Source of the DNA: Octopus vulgaris
Taxonomy: Eukaryota
Direction: 5' to 3'
Assembly: GCA_951406725.2 (NCBI GenBank)
Contig: OX597835.1
Span: 11,098,001-11,162,000 of the forward strand
DNA: 64,000 nt
Shown here: in pieces, positions 51,876 to 64,000 of the stretch
How the letters are laid out: the number at the start of each line of letters is the position of its first letter
Numbering within the stretch: position 1 is the first letter of the stretch
Program-made: the position numbers and the translations under genes
The notes under the pieces: model-generated
What the model was told of the DNA's origin: nothing
The model's input: the letters and a program-made list of their open reading frames with translations, nothing else
The model's database searches: none

Positions 51876-52699
51876 AACAACAAGCAAGATGAGGAGAAAT
51901 ATCCGTCAAATGTAAATAATGATTATGATTACTGTGGCTTTCATTGACCTACCACATTACCACAGCTAGCCGAGAACTGCTGATCAGTGAACCGCAAAAG
52001 ACAATGATATTTGAAATCTGAGTCAAGTTCGCAAAATAATTTATGGATTCTTTATTACAAACCATGATACCTAAATAAAAAAAAATAATGCTTATACGTT
52101 TAAAACATATAATGGCTCACTGCATACATATGTACATTGCCACATAGATTTATGTATGTAATACTATGAGGGTTATGGCAATAAATATGACTAAATATGT
52201 TTATAACTCCAATTAGGATTAAATATGCAAAACAATATGTAAATATGTTTCTATATACTGGTTTAACTGCTTTTAATGGTCTATAATATTCTACATAATT
52301 TGATACATTCGCATAGAGTGCTGTACACATTTTCAGGATTAATGGATAGACACACACATATGTGTGCGCGTATAATTGTCTCTTGTTCCGTTTGAAAAGA
52401 AACAACTGGAGAAAAATAGTTATTGTGATATTTGGATTTTTCCATTTAAATTCCGAAATTGTTATGTTTTAAAGGAATTACCCATTATTCCCCTGTCCCC
52501 CCCCCCCCGCCACTCACCTAGTCACAGACCAACATATATATATATATATGTTCATAGTTCCTTCCCATCCACTTCATCACCGCAACTAACATACTTACTT
52601 GAAAGTGTAATGGATGAAGTGAAATAAATTACGTGAAATACATTCTCAGTTGTTTTAGAAGCCTAGAATTGTTTTTACTTTTGTAAAAGGTGTTTCCAT

Positions 52700-53960
<1,261 letters not shown>

Positions 53961-54599
53961 ATTTCATTAATCTACTTTCCTGCTAATCCCCTAATTAGCT
54001 ACTTCCGTCACTTACAGTTATCTCTGATTTTTAAATTCTTACAATATATGCATATTTGCAGATTGTTTCCAAAAATCCCATCTTTTAATTCCATATCCTT
54101 CAACTTTTGCAGTATTTCTGCCATAATTCCATCCAAAGTTCATTTTCCATTTTACTTCCAGTCTTTTTTCTCTCTCTCTTTCTCTTTCTCTTTTTCTTGA
54201 ATTCTTCCTTATTTTCTTTCCTATTTCTTATTCTTTATTCTTTACTCTTTACTCTTCCATTTTTATCTTCCTTCTTTGGATTTCTTTTTTCTTTTCTTTT
54301 CTCTTTCATTTTTCCTTCCCTAAATCTCTCTCTCCCTCCTTCCTTCAATTTCTTTCCTTCCTTTTTCTTTCTTTTTCTTTCTTTCTTCCTTTCCTAAATT
54401 CTTCTATCTCTTTCATTCTCTTTCTTTTTTCTTTCTTTTTTTTTCCTTCCTTCATTTCCTTCTTTTCCAAGCATATATTTCTCTTTCCCTCTTTTTCCTT
54501 TATCTGTTTCTCCGTCTCCCCCTCTCTTTCTCCCTCCCTCCCACTCTCTCGTCTCCAGTCTATCTCTATCTCCTCCACCCTCACACCACCACCACCACC

Positions 54600-54930
54600 A
54601 CCATGATTCTACTACTCCTTGCCATCACCATATCTTCATCAGTCCTGTTTCTCAAAGGTCCCCTGAGGCTTTGCCCACACCAGGGAGACCAACAAGGGTT
54701 GAGACTCAGCCAACTTTCATTTCCACAGTTGGAAATCTGAAAGAAGAAATCCAAAAGAAGACACGTGAGTAATAGTTTGAGATGCAATTCCAGAGGATGG
54801 CAGTTCTGGAGAGCAACAGATGGATGGGTGGAGTCAAGATATTTACTGCAGGATGTAAATGAGAGGAGAGGAAAGGGGTCGGTGTGTCATATAACTCTGG
54901 ATGAAAGAAATTAGTTAACTTGTTCAAAGA
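54600..54930 (-). mobile_element. Possible 3' end of a CR1/Jockey-group LINE
   Basis: SRTAILWNC...SRVFF resembles the RT..LWNSLP..VFP C-terminal motif. Confidence 0.35.
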
Positions 54931-55034
54931 AGCAGTGATAGTTCTAAATGCACACCCTTCAATAGAAGAACATCTCTTTCAATTAAAGAGCCATGCCCTT
55001 CCAATGTTCCCCGCCCCCACAACTAGTAAACCAC

Positions 55035-55445
55035 CCTCAATTAAAGATTACACCCTTCAAATGTACCCCTTCCTTACCAGAACCATACCTGCTTTAATGA
55101 AAGACACACACCCTTTGTTTGTACTCCTACACCAGGAGCACACCCCACCGTCTATAAAGTATACTCCCTTCATATGTAAGCACCCCCAATACCAGGACCA
55201 AACTTCCTTCAATTAAAGATCACACCCTTCAAATGTACCCCTCCCATACCAGAACCATACCTGCTTTAATGAAAGACACACCCTTTGCTTGTACTCTTAT
55301 ACCAGGAGCACACCCCACCATCTATAAAGTATACTCCCTTCACTTGTACTCCTACACCAGGAGCATCCCCCCCATCTATAAAGTATACTCCCTTCATATG
55401 TAACCCGATTACCCCCTTCCATACCAGGACCAAGCTTCCTTCAGT
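55035..55445. repeat. Approximately 171 bp imperfect tandem repeat with an internal 52 bp re-duplication
   Basis: CAATTAAAGAT.ACACCCTTCAAATGTACCCC near 55038 and 55210. TCTATAAAGTATACTCCCTT occurs three times. Confidence 0.8.
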
Positions 55446-55736
55446 TAGAGACACCACTTTTTGTTGTATCCCCACAACAATAGAACCAAGTCTCAATCGT
55501 AATCGAATGAACAGTATGAAGCCAATGAGAAAGAACTCTACATGTTTGCTCCACATAATAGAAAACACAGCCAACCCTCCCTCACGTGACACCCCTACCA
55601 TCTCACAAAAAAACGATTAACTATATTAGTGTCCTGCCTTGGTTTCAGGGATAGTGCATGGAGGCTAACATCATGCAATATGTCCTTCCTTTTCAAGGCG
55701 GCACGGTTGTCATTTGGCTGGTATTTTACACACATA

Positions 55737-55971
55737 TAAAGGTGGCGAGCTGGCAGAAACGTTAGCACAGTGGGTGAAATGCTTAGCGGTATTTCGTCTG
55801 CTGCTACGTTCTGAGTTCAAATTCTGCCGAGGTCGACTTTGCCTTTCATCCTGTCGGGGTCGATAAATTAAGTACCAGTTACGTACTGGGGTCGATGTAA
55901 TCGACTTAATACCTAAGTCTGTCCTTGTTTGTCCTCTCTATGTTTAGCCCCTTGTGGGTAATAAAGAAATA
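55737..55971 (+). mobile_element. SINE family B with a 17 bp TSD
   Basis: TSD GGTATTTTACACACATA at 55720-55736 and 55972-55988. Confidence 0.9.
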
Positions 55972-56534
55972 GGTATTTTACACACATAATTTAAAAATTT
56001 ACATGTAAAGTAGAAAATGAAACTAAAGGGTGATGGCCACTGCTGGAATGTCTTTGATTATAGGTCTCTTCATGTGGGGTTGGATTGGGATTAGAAAACA
56101 GCCGGTTTGCTTGTTTTTAGAATTAGCAGGTAAATCTCTTTCAGATAGAATTGTCATCTTTAAAAGAAAATTATACATCGGATCGTGTAGTCCGAGATAC
56201 ATTATGCCTAAGAAAAAATAATTGTGGTGAGAAAGCTTTAGTGATGCGTCTCCTTGACTGTGGTTGACTTGGGGCTAAATACAGCAACAACAATAACAAT
56301 AATACAAATGAAAGAAGATGCCACGCAGTGGGACTGAACCTGGGACCATGTGGTTGGTAAGCAAGCTACTTACCACACAGCCACTCCTGCGCCTATAACC
56401 GATTTAAATGCTAAAGGGTCAATTCCCTACCTGGGAGGCGTACATATTTTTTTCATGATGGTACTACAGTGTGACCACAGCCACCTGGCTGAAACACATA
56501 ATAGAATAAAAGAATAAAGGCTTTGATTGACTCA

Positions 56535-58942
56535 AAGCAATAGTAGAAGAGACTTGTCTAAAGTGCCACATAGTGGAACTGAACCCAGAACCTTGTGGTT
56601 GGGTCGCAAACTTACCATAAAGTCATGAGTGCATCTCATTGTTTTCTTTTTAAGTGGCTAACAAAAAATTACAAAATAAAAATGAGATTTTCGTTTTTAA
56701 ATTTTAAAAAATTATTCAAAATATTCGAAGGTTTAGAATTACAAAAAACAAAAAAGAAAACTTGAATTAAAATATTGTTTTTGTTGTTTTTTTAAGAAAA
56801 TTTTAAAAACAAAGTAATAAACAACAATAACAACAATAAGAGGTGGATGAAGATAAAATAAATCATAATTCTTTTTTTAAATTTAAAATTTTAAGATAAT
56901 TGAGAAAAAAACAGTAGTGAATTTTTTTTTTGAATTACAATTTTCCATTTTAACTTTTAAACTTTAAAAAAAAACTATTCAGAATATTTCAAGGTTTAGA
57001 ATTTAACAAAAAAAAAACAGAAAGAAAGAAAGTTATAATAAAAATAATAATAATTTTTTTGTTCTGTATAAAAAAATTAAAAAGTTAATAACAACAATAA
57101 CAAGAATAATGGTAAGAAGAAGAAGAAACAAGAAGAAGAACCCTGATTCTGTGTCTTTGACCTTGTTGTATGGACTATTGTGGGGGGCCACAAGATGTTA
57201 TGCCTCCCCATCGTCATAGTGAGTCAATACGTCTCCAAGAAACGACGCCAGAGAATTTTAACATCTCAAATAAAGGCAGTGCTTGTTTAAGTCTTTCTAT
57301 TAAACTTTGTCTTGTGTGGTGGGCGTGGAGGTGGTGGTGGTGGTGGGGGGGGGGCGCTGGGGTGGTGTCTTGTTTCTCAACACCAAAGTTTTACCATTGC
57401 TGCTACTGCTGCTGCTGCTGCTGCCACCTTCTCCCCCTCCTCCTCACCACCTCCACCACTGCGGCCAATACCATCAACATCATCATCATCATCAACATCA
57501 TCAAGCAACACCACCACCATCACTACCACCACCACCACCACCACCACCACCACCATCACCACCACCACCATCACCACCACCATCACCACTACCACCATCG
57601 TCATCATTATCGCTAACACCACCACCATCACCACTGCTACCACCTCCATCAGCAGCAGCAGCAGTGTTTCTACCCCACCCCATCATCATCATCATCATCA
57701 GCATCATTACAGCAACAAAAACCATCCTCTTGCTCTTCCCCCTCCTAAGCAATAGTAGAAGAGACTTGTCTAAAGTGCCATGTAGTGGAACTGAACCCAG
57801 AACCTTGTGGTTGGGTCGCAAACTTACCATAAAGTCATGAGTGCATCTCATTGTTTTCTTTTTTAAGTGGCTAACAAAAAGTTACAAAATAAAAATGAGA
57901 TTTTCGTTTTTAAATTTTTAAAAATTATTCAAAATATTCGAAGGTTTAGAATTACAAAAAACAAAAAAGAAAACTTGAATTAAAATATTGTTTTTGTTGT
58001 TTTTTTAAGAAAATTTTAAAACAAAGTAATAAACAACAATAACAACAATAAGAGCTGGATGAAGATAAAATAAATCATAATTCTTTTTTTAAATTTAAAA
58101 TTTTAAGATAATTGAGAAAAAAACAGTAGTGAATTTTTTTTTTTGAATTACAATTTTCCATTTTAACTTTTAAACTTTAAAAAAAGACTATTCTGAATAT
58201 TTCAAGGTTTAGAATTTAACAAAAAAAAAACAGAAAGAAAGAAAGTTATAATAAAAATAATAATAATTTTTTTGTTCTGTATAAAAAAATTAAAAAGTTA
58301 ATAACAACAATAACAAGAATAATGGTAAGAAGAAGAAGAAACAAGAAGAAGAACCCTGATTCTGTGTCTTTGACCTTGTTGTATGGACTATTGTGGGGGC
58401 CACAAGATGTTATGCCTCCCCATCGTCATAGTGAGTCAATACGTCTCCAAGAAACGACGCCAGAGAATTTTAACATCTCAAATAAAGGCAGTGCTTGTTT
58501 AAGTCTTTCTATAAAACTTTGTCTTGTGTGGTGGGCGTGGAGGTGGTGGTGTGGGGGGGGGGCGCTGGGGTGGTGTCTTGTTTCTCAACACCAAAGTTTT
58601 ACCATTGCTGCTACTGCTGCTGCTGCTGCTGCCACCTTCTCCCCCCCTCCCTCCTCACCACCTCCACCACTGCGGCCAATACCATCAACATCATCATCAT
58701 CATCAACATCATCAAGCAACACCACCACCATCACTACCACCACCACCACCACCACCACCACCATCACCACCACCACCACCATCACCACTACCACCATCGT
58801 CATAATTATCGCTAACACCACCACCATCACCACTGCTACCACCTCCATCAGCAGCAGCAGTGTTTCTACCCCACCCCATCATCATCATCCCCATCAGCAT
58901 CATTACAGCAACAAAAACCATCCTCTTGCTCTTCCCCCTCCT
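56535..58942. repeat. 1.2 kb direct tandem duplication
   Basis: 56535-57746 is repeated at 57747-58942. Differences lie mostly in homopolymer and microsatellite lengths. Confidence 0.95.
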
Positions 58943-59163
58943 TGTATAATGATTGTCATCAACATTGTCAATGATGTCTTGGTCAGGATCTTCAACTCTT
59001 CTTCCACTCCTTATCCATCATCATCATCATCATCACCATCCTTATAAGGAGGTTGGATGGTTATAATGATTAATAATTTTCATCAAATACAGGAGGGGGT
59101 GTGGTCAGGGAAGGTGACCTCTGGGCAGATTTGTTTCTTTAGAAGGATAGTGTTAGTGTGTTC

Positions 59164-59197
<34 letters not shown>

Positions 59198-59240
59198 GCA
59201 GCATGAGAAGCAGACACAAACACTTGCTCTCTCTCTCTCC

Positions 59241-59272
<32 letters not shown>

Positions 59273-59458
59273 TGATGGACTTCTTTCAGTTTCTGTCTAC
59301 TAAACTCATTCCCAAGACATTGGTCAGTCTGAGGCTGTAGCAGAAGACACAAAAGACACTTGCCCAAGATTCCACAATGTGGGACTGAACCTTGATCCTT
59401 ATCGTTGAGAAGCAAACTTCTTACCACATAGCCATACATACATACATACATACATACA

Positions 59459-59532
<74 letters not shown>

Positions 59533-59533
<1 letters not shown>

Positions 59534-59801
59534 TTTTATTCTTTTAGTCATTTGACTGCAGCCATGCTGGAGCACCACCTTCAAGGATTTTAGTCAAACA
59601 AATCAATCTCAGGACTTATGTTTAAGCCTAGTACTTAATATATCAGTTTCTTTTGCCGAACTGCTAAGTTATGAGGACATAAACACACCAACACCAGCTG
59701 TTAAGTAATGATGAGGGAATGAATACAAGCACAAAGACACACACACACATATATATATACACACATTCATACACACACACATACATACATACATACATAC
59801 A

Positions 59802-59834
<33 letters not shown>

Positions 59835-59849
59835 GTATATATGTGTGTA

Positions 59850-59893
<44 letters not shown>

Positions 59894-60073
59894 GTTGCTA
59901 TATGAAAACTTAAGGTGGTTTTAGAGTCGGTTCATGGCTGCTATTTTCAGCATGGTAGTATCTCGTAGATACCCTATTTTATAATTTTAATAATTATTAC
60001 CTTTGAAGGTTATTTTTTCCATGTTGACCTCTTGATAAGTTCGTTATTTTATTTTAAATTAACGATCTTATCC

Positions 60074-60113
<40 letters not shown>

Positions 60114-60326
60114 TTTATTTTAAGCAGCAGAAAATTCAACAAAATCTGTATATCTGAGTTTCTGCTGCCGTTCATCAGACAGTTTTTGTCTGATGAACGG
60201 CAACGAGAAACTCAGAGTAACAGATTTTGTTGAATTTTCTGCTGCTTAAAATAAAGCATATTACTCTACCACTGGTATTTGAGTACACTTTTTTCCACCT
60301 TGTTTCACATTTATGTGTTTACTCCG

Positions 60327-60386
<60 letters not shown>

Positions 60387-60540
60387 GATGGGCTTCTTCC
60401 AGTTTCCATCTGTCAGATCCCTTCACAAGGCTTTGGTTAGCCTGATGCTATAGCAGAAGACACTTGTTCAAAGTGCCACACAGTGGGACTGAACCTGGAA
60501 CCATGTGGTTGAGAAGCAAACTCCTTACCACACAGCCATA
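59533..60540 (-). mobile_element. SINE family A with two inserts in its TA tract
   Basis: Tail half at 59533-59745 and head half at 60385-60540. Inserts at about 59888-60080 and 60113-60330. Confidence 0.8.
60185..60224 (+). ncRNA. Minimal hammerhead ribozyme, right arm of a fold-back element
   Basis: TTTGT CTGATGA ACG-GCAA-CGA GAAA CTCAGAG TA ACAGA. A mirror copy (CTGATGA...GAAACTCAGA) lies on the minus strand at 60146-60183. Confidence 0.7.
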
Positions 60541-60849
60541 GTTTTGTTTTCCCATTGACTGCCACTCACTCCTACTCACAGAGATATTTTGTTTGTTTTA
60601 TTTGCTGAATTTTTTGTCCTTCTTTTTTTTTCCCCCATTGTAGTGGGATGCATGGAGTAGCTTGTGGAAAATTCCTTACCATTTTTACATATTACAGCGC
60701 TATCTGTTTGAAAGTTGCGGATGTTTTGACATTAAATCTGTTGAACAGCAGTGAGATTTGGACAGGTAGATGAGAGAGAGGGGAGGTGGGAGGGGGTAGA
60801 AGTAGAGAAGCTGAGTGAGAGAGAGAGGGGGAGATAGAAGTAGAGAAGC

Positions 60850-61050
60850 TGAGAGAAAGAAAGAGTAAGAGAGAGAGGGAGAGTAAGAGAGAGAGGGAGA
60901 GTAAGAGAGAGAGGGAGAGTAAGAGAGAGAGGTAGAGTTAGAGAGAGAGGGAGAGTTAGAGAGAGAGGGAGAGTAAGAGAGAGAGGGAGAGTAAGAGAGA
61001 GAGGGAGAGTTAGAGAGAGAGGGAGAGTAAGAGAAAGAGGGAGAGTTAGA
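60850..61050. repeat. 18 bp purine-rich minisatellite (GAGTAAGAGAGAGAGGGA)n
   Basis: About 10 units. Confidence 0.9.
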
Positions 61051-61160
61051 GAGTGGGGGGCATTGAAGGGAAGAAAGGGAGAGGAATAAAACTGACAGTG
61101 AAGGGTTGAGCGAAAAAAGTGAAAGGCAATGGTTTAGTGTAGGAGGGAGAGAGAGAGGGG

Positions 61161-61214
<54 letters not shown>

Positions 61215-61409
61215 GGTGTGCGAGAATAAGGCAGAAAATAAAAAGACCTGACACCAGCAAAAGCTAATGAAAAACAATGCCAATACACTTGGTAGTGGGG
61301 GAAAAACAACCACGGTAATAATAATAAGAAGAACAATAATAATGATAATGATAATAATAATGATAATAATAATAATAATACACTTGGTAGTGGGGGAAAA
61401 ACAACTACA

Positions 61410-61443
<34 letters not shown>

Positions 61444-61788
61444 TAATAATAATAATAATAATAATGATAATAATAATAATAATAATAATAATACACTTGG
61501 TAGTGGGGAAAAACAACTACAGTAATAATAATAATAATGATGATGATGATGATGATAACAACAACAACAACAACAATAATTGGTGATTCCATGAAGTTAA
61601 TGTAAGCAGTATTTCATGCTAAAAAAATAAAGTTTGAAGAAATGTGTAAAATTGTGATTGGCTGTTCTTGATTTTGGTTGGTTGAATTTAAATTTAAGGG
61701 GGGAAAAAATTTGGCAAAGAAAAAATGATGACAATAATGATGCTAATAATAATAATAATAATGATAATAATAATAATAATAATAATAA

Positions 61789-62295
61789 TGTACATTGTTT
61801 TGTCTTCGTACAAAAGATGGGCTACAGCAAATATTCTGCTCAATACCACAGATTTGCTTGTCAGTTGTTTGACCTTAACCAGTTGAGCATGTCCCTTAGT
61901 GGCTGACGATACGTGCATCTCTGATCATGAGCAGAAGTAGTGGGGGAGCATCATAGCCATGTGTTGAGAAGGGTTCTTTGGGGTTTGAATAATTCACCTC
62001 TGGAAACATGGGTGTTTCATTCAACATCCTTAAACAACCTTTATTCAGGGACCTTTTGAGCGGAATGGGTTACTTGACCAGAAGAAAATTCTAACTGGGC
62101 CCCACCTGCAAGGTTGTGTGCTGTTTATTTTGATTTGAGATCACCATGTCGCGCACATATGGTTGTGATGCATGTGCCTAGTGTACCCTTATCAGACGAG
62201 TAGTCATGATGGGTATACTGGGCTTCGTATATTTTACCCCAGTGTCACTTTGATGGCATGCACTGCTCTCTCACTCAACAATAATAATAATAATA
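61789..62295 (+). mobile_element. Retroelement 3' portion bounded by (AAT)n tracts
   Basis: A 490 bp complex sequence begins after and ends in (AAT)n. No ORF recognised. Confidence 0.45.
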
Positions 62296-63517
62296 AAGAT
62301 ATTTTCTTTGTTACTACCAGCAGGGTGATGGGTAGGAGGGTATTACTGGAACAGAAATGGTTGTGGTACCACCGTAAACCCAAGGCAAATATGATACACC
62401 TAGAACAATAACAATAATAGTTTCTGGTTTTAGGTACCAGGCCAGTAATTTTAAGTGAAGGGGATTAGTCAAAAGTCCTGATCCCTGTTCTTGAATGAGG
62501 TTTTTATATTATGAACCATGGAGAGATAAAAGGTAAAGCTGGTGATGGTTGTATTTGAACTCAGAACCTAAATATTGCAAAGCATTTTCACTGATGTTCT
62601 TATGATTCTGTTAGTCCACTACCTTTATGGTAATGGTGATGATGATGATCATCGTTTTAACACCATCTTCACTAGTACTTACCTTTTTCTCTGATCAGGT
62701 ATCATTTGAAGGGCTTGATGAGGGCTTGACCTGAGAGAATGAGTTCTATCCTTAAACCTTCTGCTACCATATTTCTGTTGGAATATACTGTGTTTCATTT
62801 AGTTAGTTTTGAAAATAGTGTATAAATTAGTAAAAATAAAATTACCATTATTTAGGTAGAACGTAACATGAAATTTTGATAGGAAATTTCCAATTTAGAT
62901 CTCTTTAAAACTGGAAGTTTGTCTCATAGAACCAGAGTTGGTTTTAGTTGGTTTGGTATCAAAAGAGTTAAATATTTCAACTGCGGCCACCATACAGCTT
63001 CATTCACCATAGTGACCAGGCACAGGAAGAGTACTTTTTCTTCATTACCAAAGAAAAGCCGAAGAGCAATCATAATGTTAGATTCAGCTGATAGCCAGAA
63101 CTTGTCTCCAATATGCAATAAGTTTTCATCACAGACATACAAATCAGCAATACATGGATATTAAATGGGAGCTTTTCTGATGGCTTTCCCACCCCTTGGT
63201 ATCTCAGGCAAGTACAGCTGCTGGCAGCTTCAGTATGGCCATACCTGTAGAATTTGCTCTAAACAAGTAAACCAAAGTCATTAAATATCATTTTAAGTTA
63301 TTGTCCATAAAAACCTTATATTGACTTCATCATTTCCTAAATTAGGGATTCTCAACTGGGTTCCTTCTACATGGCTCTTGGGAGTCCACTTAATATTTTG
63401 CTGCTAAAATTTATGTGCAATAAATTGGTTATAATTCTACAAGGCCCAAAATATTTCAGCAATTTTTTGGTACAATTCCTAATAATATAAGCGTGGTAGA
63501 CATTTGCATGGAATATC

Positions 63518-63680
63518 AGTGGCTGTGTGGTAAGTAGCTTGTTTATGAACCACATGGTTCCGGATTCAGTCTCACTGCGTGGCACCTTGGGCAAGTGTCT
63601 TCTACTATAGCCTCGGGCCGACCAAAGCCTTGTGAGTGGATTTGGTAGACGGAAACTGAAAGAAGCCCGTCGTATATATG

Positions 63681-63711
<31 letters not shown>

Positions 63712-63929
63712 TTGTGTGTCTGTGTTTGTTGCCGTAGCATTGCTTGACAACCGATGCTGGTGTGTTTATGTCCCCATCACTTAGCAGTTCAGCAAAAGAG
63801 ACCGATAGAATAAGTACTGGGCTTACAAAAGAATAAGTCCCGGGGTCGAGTTGCTCGATTTAAAGCAGTGCTCCAGCATGGCCGCAGTCAAATGACTGAA
63901 ACAAGTAAAAGAGTAAAGAGTAAAAGAGA
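63518..63929 (+). mobile_element. SINE family A
   Basis: Near full-length match. Confidence 0.9.
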
Positions 63930-64000
63930 AGCCATTCAAGAACACACAGAAGCTGTTAGTCTCACTTCAGCATTTAGATTTCGTTTGTGTCATAATATTT

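Noticed and set aside
58322-59047. 241 aa ORF in the second duplicate
   Set aside because: It is mostly trinucleotide repeats, and the frame differs in the first duplicate through homopolymer indels.
61898-62010. CTGACGA core
   Set aside because: No properly placed stem II/GAAA/UH arrangement was found.

Overview
AT-rich, repeat-saturated animal genomic DNA, most likely octopus (coleoid cephalopod). That assignment rests on my recognition of its SINE and LINE families, not on a database search. No complete protein-coding gene is visible. Almost all ORFs in the supplied track are translations of microsatellites or SINEs. The window holds three tRNA-derived SINE families, decayed LINE fragments (RTE, CR1/L2, R4/Dong, probably L1/Tx1), one clean non-autonomous Helitron, a deleted Tc1/mariner, piggyBac-like and hAT-like MITEs, several minisatellites and a 1.2 kb tandem duplication. 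The most notable signal is a set of short (100-400 bp) islands, mostly inside (TA)n tracts, that carry type I hammerhead ribozyme motifs with palindromic stem III. Five look near-intact (20472, 32692, 43084, 51830, 60185; all on +). Several more are decayed or survive as half-ribozymes in the arms of fold-back palindromes, including back-to-back hammerheads on opposite strands at 60146-60224 and 40648-40735. This fits non-autonomous Penelope-like or retrozyme-like elements. Three weak + strand exon candidates (4811-4894, 34392-34469, 45561-45652) hint that the window may be intronic.
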